64,000 bases of DNA from a virus (Duplodnaviria > Heunggongvirae > Uroviricota > Caudoviricetes), in IMG/VR virus record IMGVR_UViG_3300033150_000619; one strand, written 5' to 3'. Below the pieces are notes generated by a model. The model searched no databases, was not told the origin of the DNA, and saw only the letters and a list, made by a program, of their open reading frames with translations. Numbering within the stretch: the first letter of the stretch is position 1; every line of letters begins with the position of its first letter. This document shows positions 1-8,797 of this stretch, piece by piece. A program made the translations under genes and the position numbers.

Positions 1-354
1 TGCCTGATACCACCCGCCCGGATACTCATCTCTACCACTAACATACCAGTAACCAGTGTTGGCTCCATCAGTAAGTCCTAACTGTACTCCACCACCACTC
101 TTGGTATTGAGCAGTGAACCATGAGTGCTGATGAACCAAAACCGTACATGTTTGGTTCCGGAGAGGTCAACAGGTGATGTGGGTGTGAATGTGACATCGT
201 TGTTACCATTGCTCTTCATTATAGTAGATAATGACGCATTACCCTCTACATACTGTGCAGTGTCCTGACTTCCACTATCCCACGATCCACCTGCACTCGT
301 AGAGTCACAGCTACTCATCTGTAAATAATTTACTCCAGTTACTGTAACCGTCAT
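1..354 (-). CDS. Virion structural protein, N-terminal part (runs off the window edge)
   Basis: Not in the ORF track. My translation from ATG at 354: MTVTVTGVNYLQMSSCDSTSAGGSWDSGSQDTAQYVEGNASLS...HVRFWF...GYWYVSG, open to position 1. The beta-rich VEGNAS...FWF pattern resembles the domain in 26464..27549 (VEGNGS...FHFWF). Confidence 0.7.
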   Translation of the reverse strand, partial: MTVTVTGVNYLQMSSCDSTSAGGSWDSGSQDTAQYVEGNASLSTIMKSNGNNDVTFTPTSPVDLSGTKHVRFWFISTHGSLLNTKSGGGVQLGLTDGANTGYWYVSGRDEYPGGWYQA

Positions 355-356
355 TC

Positions 357-578
357 CTATATGTCCCCCGGCTTAGGATTTTCTATTCTTATTATAGACT
401 GAATATGCTGGCAGCCATTTTCGAATATATAGTCCTCTAGACAGGCTAAACATAACAGCTTATCACTCAGCTCAGCGTCAAAGTCTTTACCGCTTCTGGT
501 TGTTCTGACGTGGTAAAACTTATCATCATTTGTTTCTGCAATACTAAGACATTGAACACACTGCTTAGCCATAGTCAA
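357..578 (-). CDS. Small protein with two CxxC motifs (putative Zn-binding)
   Basis: CVQC and CLAC motifs. Start overlaps the stop of 575..844. Confidence 0.55.
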   Translation of the reverse strand: MTMAKQCVQCLSIAETNDDKFYHVRTTRSGKDFDAELSDKLLCLACLEDYIFENGCQHIQSIIRIENPKPGDI

Positions 579-844
579 ACCTCACCGACCTTTAATCGTC
601 TATTATTGTTCCATGTATCCAAGAAGTAATATCCACACCCCTCGTGTAAGATAGGGGGCATCTCTGGGAATAGTTTACATCTTAATGGTCTTTCTTTCTT
701 TCCATAGATCTTACAGCTATATGTTCCATCTGACAGTTTCTCCAGATGCGGACATGGCGGGTCTTCAGTAAGACAGCACCACCCACATCTAAGACACCTT
801 CCCCTTCTAATGTATCGACGTACTGGTCTATCCGGTATCTGCAT
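575..844 (-). CDS. YkgJ-like cysteine-cluster (CxxCxxCC) protein
   Basis: CLRCGWCC...CPHL...CKIY..RP.RC..FP pattern typical of the putative Zn/Fe-chelating family. Confidence 0.75.
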   Translation of the reverse strand: MQIPDRPVRRYIRRGRCLRCGWCCLTEDPPCPHLEKLSDGTYSCKIYGKKERPLRCKLFPEMPPILHEGCGYYFLDTWNNNRRLKVGEV

Positions 845-927
845 GGATATCTCTATGTTATATCCCTGCTGGTAATAGATAACTTTTAAAGACTCTTAGG
901 ATTATTAGATATACAGGAGGAAGAGAC

Positions 928-1383
928 TTGCAGAAGCTAAGTGATAGGAACGCTCTCAAGGGTTATGTTACAATGCTCTTATTCGATGAAGAAGGTAACC
1001 TATCCGAGACCAGAGATTTCAGGAATCTTGTGGTTGACATTGGTCAGGATGGAGCTATGAGCAGAATATCAGAGGTTGCTACTGGTGTTCTACCTGCTAA
1101 TTACATAAGATTGGGTACAGTTTCAACAGCACCTGGTGCTACTGACTCTCGCTTAACGGGTGATATTGGAGAGCCTAAATCAGCAGCTTATACACGTCTA
1201 GGCATAGGTTCATGGAAGTTGGTTGCTACATGGGGAACCGGTGAAGCTGTAACAGGTCTAACTGAATCCGGCGTATTCTTTGGTTCACATACTGGTTCTA
1301 TGCTATGCAGGCAGACGTTTAACGTCATCAATAAGCAATCAGCAGACACACTAGAAGTAACATGGGGCTTTACCCTGGCGTGA
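928..1383 (+). CDS. Small tail/baseplate-associated structural protein
   Basis: NLVVD.G...LGT.STAP..TD..L...ATW..GEA...LTE.G.F...M..R..F..I.K...DTL.VTW pattern common in phage tail-fibre loci. TTG start preceded by ACAGGAGGAAGAGAC. Confidence 0.7.
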   Translation: MQKLSDRNALKGYVTMLLFDEEGNLSETRDFRNLVVDIGQDGAMSRISEVATGVLPANYIRLGTVSTAPGATDSRLTGDIGEPKSAAYTRLGIGSWKLVATWGTGEAVTGLTESGVFFGSHTGSMLCRQTFNVINKQSADTLEVTWGFTLA

Positions 1384-1502
1384 TACTTGTGTCTCACACG
1401 TACCCTTATAGACATGACCAACGTCTTGAAGAGATATATCAATAGATGAAACTGCTTAATCACAGGGGGATTATCTCCTAGTGATTTCACAATCGTCTAA
1501 TC

Positions 1503-4298
1503 TCATCTATGTCTCTGTAGCTTCCCTGTCAATGTTGTCTTAATCTTCTTTGTGTAGAGTACTATTGTATGGTATGCGTCTACTACTGGTCTCCTAAAGT
1601 AATCTTCTAGGGATGTACCACTTATTAGAGATCTACGAATGCTCCACACAGTAGAGAGTAAGTCTTGTGTGATAGCAGAGTCGCTAAGATATATCCTAAT
1701 ACCCATTCTAATACTATCAGAGAAGTATTCATAGTCCGTTACGTACTTACGATAGAGATTATAGAAGACACCATCGATAATCACTTCCTGTATGAAGCTA
1801 TACGTAATATAGAATAATACCCCAGGGTCATAGACTTCTATTTCTTGCCTCAACCGCATTCTGTACAGTCTACGCAGTATTGTAGCAGTAATATCCATAT
1901 CTTCAGTTAAGTGTCGTATATGGTCTAAGGCATAGGTATAGACACCACTTAGATCTAAGTCCTCAGATCGTAGGATTGTTATGAATTGACCGAATACAGT
2001 ACTTAAGGTATCTATCAGGTCCATTGGCTGAGATAGTATCTGAACTATGTATCTGTATAGTTCGTTATAGTCTAATATTACCAGTTCTTCTAACTCTCTG
2101 CTTATAGCTACCTGGAACGCTACTTCCCTTCCCATAGCTATCCATTCTTTCATTAATCTAAAGGCTGTAGATGAAGTGAGTACAGATGATATGATTGCTA
2201 TGTCCTGTAACATATCCTTATAGAACTGAGAGATATGACTAAGGGTTCCTGTCAGCTGTATTTGCTCTACGAATATCTCCACCTGACCTACAAACATTAC
2301 AGTAAGTGCCTCGAAGTATATCCTGTCTTCAATCGATCTATAGAATAATACGATGTTGTTTAGAGTGTCTATGATACCTGTAGACTCTATGTAATCCCTA
2401 GTCCAACTACTAACAGAATCAATATAATCTGCTGTAGTAATAGTCTCAGACCACCCATATACCAACGACATTAGATAGCTTAGATGTTCAGTAACTACGA
2501 GGTATTCCTTATGTGCACTATAGACATCTGTAACTCTATAATACAAGCTCTGGATTGACAATACGTCTGTGATATACTTACGGTAGAGATGCGTTACTGA
2601 ATCAGAGATTGATATTGGTGTTAGCAGGTCAATAACAGATCCAGTAAATACTCTATCTAATATTGAGATAGCTTCTGTTGATACTCTCCTAATAGCCCTT
2701 GTTATATCTGATTGTACTGCCATTATATCAGATACGTATTGTCTGATAGACCTAGATACTATAATCGCTGGGACTATAGATAATCCTCGTATCAGGGATG
2801 CATGCCATTCAGATATATGACTGAGGGAATCGCTTAGCAGTGTACTTACTACGATATACACCCTACCCGACCACCGTATAAATGAGACATCTACGAACTG
2901 TAATGTATCTATAAGATCAACCAACGTAGTACCAACTGACTCCAACATATCAGCCACCGTAACTCCAACGTTCAATGACAGTACAAAGGACGAGATTGTA
3001 CCAAAGAATGGCTGCCACAGGTTCATACCATCTACAATCTCGAAGAATGTATTCCAGACTCTGTCCCAATAATCAGATAGACTAATGGATTGGTACATCC
3101 CGTAGTGCACGTCCCACACAGTAGACGTAATATAATCTGTTAGTAGTCTTACCTCTGTGTCTAAGATAAGTGTATGATACTCGAAGTATACTGTCTTGAG
3201 GTAATGTGTCAATGTCATTGGCTGTGATACGTATCTCTCTATTTGCCATATGGTAGAGAATAATACCTGTGTTATGTCTAATCCTTGGAGGAAAGTTATA
3301 GCTCTGTCTATTAGTGGTTCTAAGTAGTCTCCTGTGTCTATATCATTAACGAAGTCAATGTACGCTAACCACGCTGAGTTGTAGTAACTATCTAACAGCA
3401 CTGGCTGCGTCATTACCCTATACCACTCAGAGATGTATGATATGAAATGGGATAGACTTATAGACTGTAGTATGTGGTATATGTGTTCCTGTGATGTCTT
3501 GATGAGCTCTGTTATATCTATTGATTCTCCTACCAACCTGTCAATGTTCCACACAGATGGGTGTAGATAGGAGGGAAACGTGATATACTCGTTCCTTAGT
3601 CTAAAGGAGCTCCAAGTCTCTCTAAATATTGAGGTTATGTCCATCTCCTGCAGCCTGACTAAATAGAAGCTGATATTGCAGGATAGGTAATCTGTTATAT
3701 CTATAGATTGAAGGATAGTGTATAACCAGTTAGATACTGTATCGTACATGTCTGCTAGATTGATACCACTGTAGATGCTTAGATACGCATTCCATGCTCT
3801 ATATCTATAATCGATCAAGTCCACCAATTGCAGCATTGTAAGCTTCAGTTTTATCTCTTCTAACATGTCTTGTAAAGCAGTGGATTGTGTCAGGATTAAG
3901 AAGATGGTCCATATGTGGTACAGATAAGAGTTTAGTGTCATCTGTTCCAGGTAGATACTAAAGGTGTCGGATGCGTAGGATAGGTAATCTCCTATAGCAA
4001 CAGATTGCTTACTGTAGTGTGTTATGGACTTAGAGATATAGTGACTTAGATCTAAGCCCTCGTGGGGAAATCTTGCAATATTCCATAGATACCTATAGAA
4101 GCTCTGTAGGTACATTGCATCTACTATTAGAAGACTGACTATACTAGCAATATAATCTCCTACACTGAGTGTATCAAATACATTCTTGGTAAGTCTAAAT
4201 GATAATGTAGCTTCCCATATAATAGGAAACGTATATGGGAAATCACCAGCAGTATGTATACCCAGGTTCTCCTCAAAGTCCTTAGTATAGGAAGCCAT
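1503..4298 (-). CDS. Large virion protein built of approx. 20-aa degenerate repeats (putative fibre/shaft)
   Basis: 931 aa. Recurrent [QE]-x-[ILM]-x-[IL]-[ST]-D-x-[LI] units (QSIDITDYL, QSISLSHFI, QSISLSDYW, EDMDITATI). Confidence 0.65.
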   Translation of the reverse strand: MASYTKDFEENLGIHTAGDFPYTFPIIWEATLSFRLTKNVFDTLSVGDYIASIVSLLIVDAMYLQSFYRYLWNIARFPHEGLDLSHYISKSITHYSKQSVAIGDYLSYASDTFSIYLEQMTLNSYLYHIWTIFLILTQSTALQDMLEEIKLKLTMLQLVDLIDYRYRAWNAYLSIYSGINLADMYDTVSNWLYTILQSIDITDYLSCNISFYLVRLQEMDITSIFRETWSSFRLRNEYITFPSYLHPSVWNIDRLVGESIDITELIKTSQEHIYHILQSISLSHFISYISEWYRVMTQPVLLDSYYNSAWLAYIDFVNDIDTGDYLEPLIDRAITFLQGLDITQVLFSTIWQIERYVSQPMTLTHYLKTVYFEYHTLILDTEVRLLTDYITSTVWDVHYGMYQSISLSDYWDRVWNTFFEIVDGMNLWQPFFGTISSFVLSLNVGVTVADMLESVGTTLVDLIDTLQFVDVSFIRWSGRVYIVVSTLLSDSLSHISEWHASLIRGLSIVPAIIVSRSIRQYVSDIMAVQSDITRAIRRVSTEAISILDRVFTGSVIDLLTPISISDSVTHLYRKYITDVLSIQSLYYRVTDVYSAHKEYLVVTEHLSYLMSLVYGWSETITTADYIDSVSSWTRDYIESTGIIDTLNNIVLFYRSIEDRIYFEALTVMFVGQVEIFVEQIQLTGTLSHISQFYKDMLQDIAIISSVLTSSTAFRLMKEWIAMGREVAFQVAISRELEELVILDYNELYRYIVQILSQPMDLIDTLSTVFGQFITILRSEDLDLSGVYTYALDHIRHLTEDMDITATILRRLYRMRLRQEIEVYDPGVLFYITYSFIQEVIIDGVFYNLYRKYVTDYEYFSDSIRMGIRIYLSDSAITQDLLSTVWSIRRSLISGTSLEDYFRRPVVDAYHTIVLYTKKIKTTLTGKLQRHR

Positions 4299-4337
4299 TG
4301 TCTCTCCTTATAGAGATATAGGTAGAGAGACTAATAC

Positions 4338-4565
4338 TTATTCCTGCTCCTCTTCCTTATCTTCTTTGGATAGAGCTTTGTACTTTTCCATCTCAGCTGT
4401 GACTGCAACTAATTGGTTACGTAGATTATTGATAAGTATAGACTGATCCTTGGCAGCCTTACTAATATCATAGAAGTCTCTATAGACACAGTTCTGACAT
4501 ATCTGTGCATACCCTGGTAGAACAACTGGCTGAAAGTCTTTCTTATCTTCTGCCATTCGTATCAT
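4338..4565 (-). CDS. Hypothetical protein, CxxC plus coiled coil
   Basis: CQNC followed by heptad-like helix and acidic tail. Confidence 0.55.
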   Translation of the reverse strand: MIRMAEDKKDFQPVVLPGYAQICQNCVYRDFYDISKAAKDQSILINNLRNQLVAVTAEMEKYKALSKEDKEEEQE

Positions 4566-4589
4566 AGATTAATGGAGAGTGGGTATATA

Positions 4590-4715
4590 TTACTCTATCA
4601 GTTCTAGTCTCTTACCGGCTGCAGTCTCTGTCTCTGTACTCCATTCTCCTTCAGTATTGAAATCTCTGTTCTGTACAACATAAGTAACCACTGCGTTTCC
4701 ATCATCTGTGCTCAT
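4590..4715 (-). CDS. Possible 41-aa hypothetical protein
   Basis: MSTDDGNAVVTYVVQNRDFNTEGEWSTETETAAGKRLELIE fills the gap between flanking genes. Below the ORF-track size cutoff. Confidence 0.35.
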   Translation of the reverse strand: MSTDDGNAVVTYVVQNRDFNTEGEWSTETETAAGKRLELIE

Positions 4716-4720
4716 TCTAT

Positions 4721-5050
4721 TCATCTTCTTCTTGTCTTAGTAGACTTAGACGTGACCAACTCAGATAATGACGATATCCTTCTATTTATAGTAGGCTTAA
4801 ACACAACCTTCTCATTACTCAGATTATTAATCTTTGCTAGATCAGTCTTCTTCAAAATACCGAGACCAATAAGAACATCGTGGTATTTCTGCCATCCTAG
4901 TGTATCTTCGGTATCTTCTTTGATTGCTTCAAGAAGTGTTTTCCCAGCAAACGGAAGACCATCTGCTATAACCGAAGTAAGTGTAGACATATCTACAATC
5001 ACCACATGACCAGCAGAAGTCTTGTCTAATACAATATATTCTTCGACCAT
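4721..5050 (-). CDS. Hypothetical protein
   Basis: 109-aa ORF, tightly coupled to 5052..5945. Confidence 0.6.
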   Translation of the reverse strand: MVEEYIVLDKTSAGHVVIVDMSTLTSVIADGLPFAGKTLLEAIKEDTEDTLGWQKYHDVLIGLGILKKTDLAKINNLSNEKVVFKPTINRRISSLSELVTSKSTKTRRR

Positions 5051-5051
5051 C

Positions 5052-5945
5052 CTACTCCCAACTCCTATATATATAATGGAAATAACTCACGTTAGTACCA
5101 CCAATATGATAAATCCTAACATTTGTTCCATCACTTATTGGCTTTTGTGGTAGCAAAGCCCAGTAGTTATCAATACCATTGAATCTAAGTTCATCATTCA
5201 AAGCCGTATCCTTCCAATTAGACTCATTCATCCGAATCTGTATACGAACATTATCCATGAATGCGCTTGTACCGTAGACTCCAACGGGAGCATTACCAGT
5301 ACCTAAGACGATAGATGTGCCACTAGCCAATGTACCATAGTTTACAATAGTATCGTAACACCCCTCTCCCTCATTATACCAATATGATACGTCATCAACA
5401 TAAGCGGATGTCTCTATACCAGAGTTGCTCCCGTCCCCAACAATATCAATTGGTACATATCCATAATCATTGAAGATGCGCATATATCCATCTGCTTCCC
5501 AGCTATATATGCGTTTAAATGTACTTCTTCCTGGCACTTTAATGACGACATTCAAAGCAAATGAAGAATCGGATGTAAAAGCACATATAACCCTCTCTCC
5601 ATCTCCGAATGTAACTGATGGTATTCCTTCCCCTGGTGAAGATTCATAATACTCATCCCCAGTTGGACTTATCCCGCCAGTAACGTCAATAGTCTCTGAA
5701 TCATTTCTATATCTTAATACGTGGTCTGTGCTATTATACCAGACAAGGCTCTCGGTAGGGGAGCCTGGATCGCTGCTCTGATGATCTAAGTCCAGATAAT
5801 CAACGTAAGCAGTATTCCCTTTATCTACTAATTTATTTATTCTTACTTCTCTTAATGTAATATCATTAAGTAGCCAATTCACTAGCTGTTCCTTTATCTT
5901 TAGTATGACTTCGTAAATCTTAGCAATCAACTGTCTCACTACCAT
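5052..5945 (-). CDS. Fibre-associated structural protein (N-terminus duplicated in 5920..6150)
   Basis: SDPGSPTESLVWYNS.DHVLRY fibre-type motif followed by a beta-rich C-terminal region. Confidence 0.7.
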   Translation of the reverse strand: MVVRQLIAKIYEVILKIKEQLVNWLLNDITLREVRINKLVDKGNTAYVDYLDLDHQSSDPGSPTESLVWYNSTDHVLRYRNDSETIDVTGGISPTGDEYYESSPGEGIPSVTFGDGERVICAFTSDSSFALNVVIKVPGRSTFKRIYSWEADGYMRIFNDYGYVPIDIVGDGSNSGIETSAYVDDVSYWYNEGEGCYDTIVNYGTLASGTSIVLGTGNAPVGVYGTSAFMDNVRIQIRMNESNWKDTALNDELRFNGIDNYWALLPQKPISDGTNVRIYHIGGTNVSYFHYIYRSWE

Positions 5946-6150
5946 TATAATATCTTAACACGTGGTCAGAGGAATTATACCATACTAGACTTTCTGTAGG
6001 TGAACCCGGATCACTTCCTTGATGATTTAGGTCTAGATAGTTTATATACGCCGTGCTCCCACCCTGAATATATATTCCGTTGGTACGTAAGAGCTTTACG
6101 GTTATATCACTAAATAACCAGTTAACCAACCAACGCCTAAATCTTCTCAT
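5920..6150 (-). CDS. 76-aa paralog of the N-terminus of 5052..5945
   Basis: LVNWL..DIT...TAY..YLDL.HQ.SDPGSPTESLVWYNS.DHVLRY.N.SET.D shared between the two. DNA differences are mostly synonymous. Confidence 0.7.
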   Translation of the reverse strand: MRRFRRWLVNWLFSDITVKLLRTNGIYIQGGSTAYINYLDLNHQGSDPGSPTESLVWYNSSDHVLRYYNGSETVDC

Positions 6151-8581
6151 TACGAACCCCTCTCTTGACTATTAATAACCCATCTGATGTTATCTTCAAT
6201 ATTCTCTCTCCGTTCTTATTAATAAATACCATATCATCCCCGTCCTCTGTCAGTATTATATCATTCTTGAATCTAACGTCCCCTACGTCTATATTTGTTG
6301 TATAGACAGTACCGGCAAAGTAACCATTGGCTATTTGATTGCTTGGTCCACCAAGATCATAAGAATCATTATCTTGTGGCATAAAATCATTACCTGAAGA
6401 TATCTTCCATCTATCACTACCACCAACACCAAAGAACATAGCAGAACCAGAACTATAAATCCACTCAGCACCATCAGTATAGAAGTATATCTTTCCAGTC
6501 CCTATATACAGATTAGCCCACTCATTATCTGTCCCTCCTAAGTCATATGTATTTGCAGAGTGAGGCAGTACATTACTTCTCGTTCTGATGACAGCACTGC
6601 CAGTTCCTATATATAGGTAGCTCTCAGAATGATCTCTCCAAAAGTAATTTGTAGTACCATCGGTTGTATCACGTAAGATAAGGTCAGCATCGTCAGCCGT
6701 AATAGTTACTGTTCCGTTATTGGTTCCATCTCCCCTTACAAACGATGCAGAACTAATCCCATCAAGATAATCAGCATTTAGATGTGTTACTTTCGTTGTT
6801 GATGCTACAGTAAGTGGTGCTGTACCGGTAGCTACATCTGACTCAAATGTTTTCGCTCTTATCTCATGGTCGCCAGCATCCCAATCTGCAGTAAGACTAC
6901 CTAGTGCAATTGTTGTACCTGATATGGCTAAGCCACTTCCCGGCGTTAACCAGTCAGATGCAGTTTCGCTATCATCCCAGAAATATATTCTGTCCCCACC
7001 GGGATCGGATAAATCTTCTAATCCAAGCATATCAACGTTAAATGTCCTGTTTGTGCTGATATCTCCTCCTCCACTAAGTCCATCTCCTGCTGTCAGAGTG
7101 ACAGATGTGTGATTAATATGCTCATTAGCTATAAAGTCACTAAATTGATCGTGTCCAGCACCGCCACCCGTGAGAGCATTTCCCTGCGTATCAATTGTAC
7201 CATCGGTACCTACCTCAAAGAGCAATGTTGCACCGTTTCTAATCTGAAACGGGTCATCAATTGTGATTTCTACTGCATCATATCCGCCACTACCTGTCTC
7301 AGGATGGTGAAGACCCCAAATATTAGAAGGTCCCATAAAACCCTCATTGTCACCATTATCATTTATAGTAATGCTATTTACTTCTGTTATACTGTGATTA
7401 TTCATATCGATGTCAGAAGTTAATGTCAATCCTGCAAATGAAGGAGTACTGCCTGTCGTAACACTCTGATTAATGTATGTGTGGTCTGCGCCGGTTGAAC
7501 CATTGGCGTGTGTCCACGCGTTGTCCCAGTTACTGCTTGATGTATGACTCCACGCATGGGTGTGGCTTGTTGCAGAAACTGAATTTGTACTTGATTGTGT
7601 TACATTGGATGGTGTACCAAGGACAACTGAACCACTTGAGGTTATTGTGGTAAAGTTCATACCATTACCGGCAGATACCGATGTTACAGTACCAGTATTG
7701 CTTGTCCAACCAGAATCATTGTTAAAACCGCTTAGTGCAATATTGGCTTTAGTTAACTTATACTGTGCACCATCACCTGAGTCTACAACAACAAAGTAGT
7801 CACCATGGGCATTAGTTGTGCTAGTTGTCAATTCATTAAGGTCTACATCAATCGTAGCGTCTGCACTTATATCAGTACCACCTACACTATAGCTTAATCC
7901 AGTCCCCGCTGTAATGGTTACAGATGTATGATCAATGTGTTCATTACCTACAAAGTCAGCAAACGCATCGTGTCCAGTTCCTGGATTGGTTAAGTTGAGA
8001 TTGCCTAGATTAAGTGCAGAGGTAGATATGTATACTTTATCTGCTCCTCCAACACCAAAGTATAGATTGGTTCCATTACTATAGATGTATTCACCCTGAT
8101 CTGTGAAGAGGTATACTCTTCCGGCAATGTATGCGTTCTTCCACTCAGCTGTGGTACTGCCTAAGTTTCTGGTATTAGATCCGTCAGGCACTAAGTTTCC
8201 AGACACAGCCCTACTTGCATTAGCTAGTAGATATTGTGTGTGATCATCATTCCCTAAGTTACCTAAAGACCCGTGACTTACTGAAGATTTAGCTACGAAT
8301 TCTAATGCATTTGGTGTACTGTTCACCATTACAAAGTACCCAGCATATCCACTGTAGACCGATGGTGTATCTGAGAAGTCCAGGAAACTATCTATTGTGA
8401 GTTCTACCCATTCAGTATTTGTACGGATATACCACTTGTGTTCATCACTTCTATAGAATAGATCTCTTTCTGAAGGGGAGCCCGGAAATGATGTACCCTG
8501 GGCTAAGTTGTGTTCGTTAGAACCTGTATATTCGGCTTGAGTAAGTTCACTACCGGGGTCAGCATGTGATATACCTGTCAA
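6137..8581 (-). CDS. Tail fibre protein
   Basis: 814 aa, Gly/Ser/Thr-rich. Fibre motifs (FPGSPSERDLFY, HDDHTQY-like, VTSVSAG.G, LNAD.LDG). Internal repeats. TTG start after ACAGGGAGAGAA. Confidence 0.85.
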   Translation of the reverse strand: MTGISHADPGSELTQAEYTGSNEHNLAQGTSFPGSPSERDLFYRSDEHKWYIRTNTEWVELTIDSFLDFSDTPSVYSGYAGYFVMVNSTPNALEFVAKSSVSHGSLGNLGNDDHTQYLLANASRAVSGNLVPDGSNTRNLGSTTAEWKNAYIAGRVYLFTDQGEYIYSNGTNLYFGVGGADKVYISTSALNLGNLNLTNPGTGHDAFADFVGNEHIDHTSVTITAGTGLSYSVGGTDISADATIDVDLNELTTSTTNAHGDYFVVVDSGDGAQYKLTKANIALSGFNNDSGWTSNTGTVTSVSAGNGMNFTTITSSGSVVLGTPSNVTQSSTNSVSATSHTHAWSHTSSSNWDNAWTHANGSTGADHTYINQSVTTGSTPSFAGLTLTSDIDMNNHSITEVNSITINDNGDNEGFMGPSNIWGLHHPETGSGGYDAVEITIDDPFQIRNGATLLFEVGTDGTIDTQGNALTGGGAGHDQFSDFIANEHINHTSVTLTAGDGLSGGGDISTNRTFNVDMLGLEDLSDPGGDRIYFWDDSETASDWLTPGSGLAISGTTIALGSLTADWDAGDHEIRAKTFESDVATGTAPLTVASTTKVTHLNADYLDGISSASFVRGDGTNNGTVTITADDADLILRDTTDGTTNYFWRDHSESYLYIGTGSAVIRTRSNVLPHSANTYDLGGTDNEWANLYIGTGKIYFYTDGAEWIYSSGSAMFFGVGGSDRWKISSGNDFMPQDNDSYDLGGPSNQIANGYFAGTVYTTNIDVGDVRFKNDIILTEDGDDMVFINKNGERILKITSDGLLIVKRGVRNEKI
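7073..7975 (-). repeat. Two copies of a 28-aa fibre repeat (7892..7975 and 7073..7156)
   Basis: GHDAFADFVGNEHIDHTSVTITAGTGLS vs GHDQFSDFIANEHINHTSVTLTAGDGLS. Confidence 0.85.
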
Positions 8582-8614
8582 TTCTCTCCCTGTAAATAGA
8601 AGAGCTGAAGTACC

Positions 8615-8797
8615 TTATCTATTCTTCTCGCCAAATAATATCTTATAGATAGAAATAGGAATTAGGAGTATAAGTGCTATAATGACTATAATAGGATTGA
8701 GTCTATTGGAGGTTCTTACCTGTTTAACCCTGCCATCAGGTCCTCTTAGGACTATGTCTACCTGGTCTTTCCACTGCATATCATCTTTAGCACTCAT
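8615..8797 (-). CDS. Small protein with C-terminal transmembrane helix
   Basis: Hydrophobic PIIVIIALILLIPISIY. N-terminus KDQVDIVLRGPDGRVKQVR resembles the starts of 928..1383 and 40287..40784. Confidence 0.6.
   Translation of the reverse strand: MSAKDDMQWKDQVDIVLRGPDGRVKQVRTSNRLNPIIVIIALILLIPISIYKILFGEKNR

Noticed and set aside
1188-1490. Minus-strand 100-aa ORF overlapping 928..1383
   Set aside because: Antisense to a gene with a recognisable family pattern and leader. No motif of its own.
5690-6130. Duplicated segment as a DGR template/variable repeat pair
   Set aside because: Mismatches involve all four bases and fall mainly at synonymous positions rather than at adenines. No reverse transcriptase in the window.
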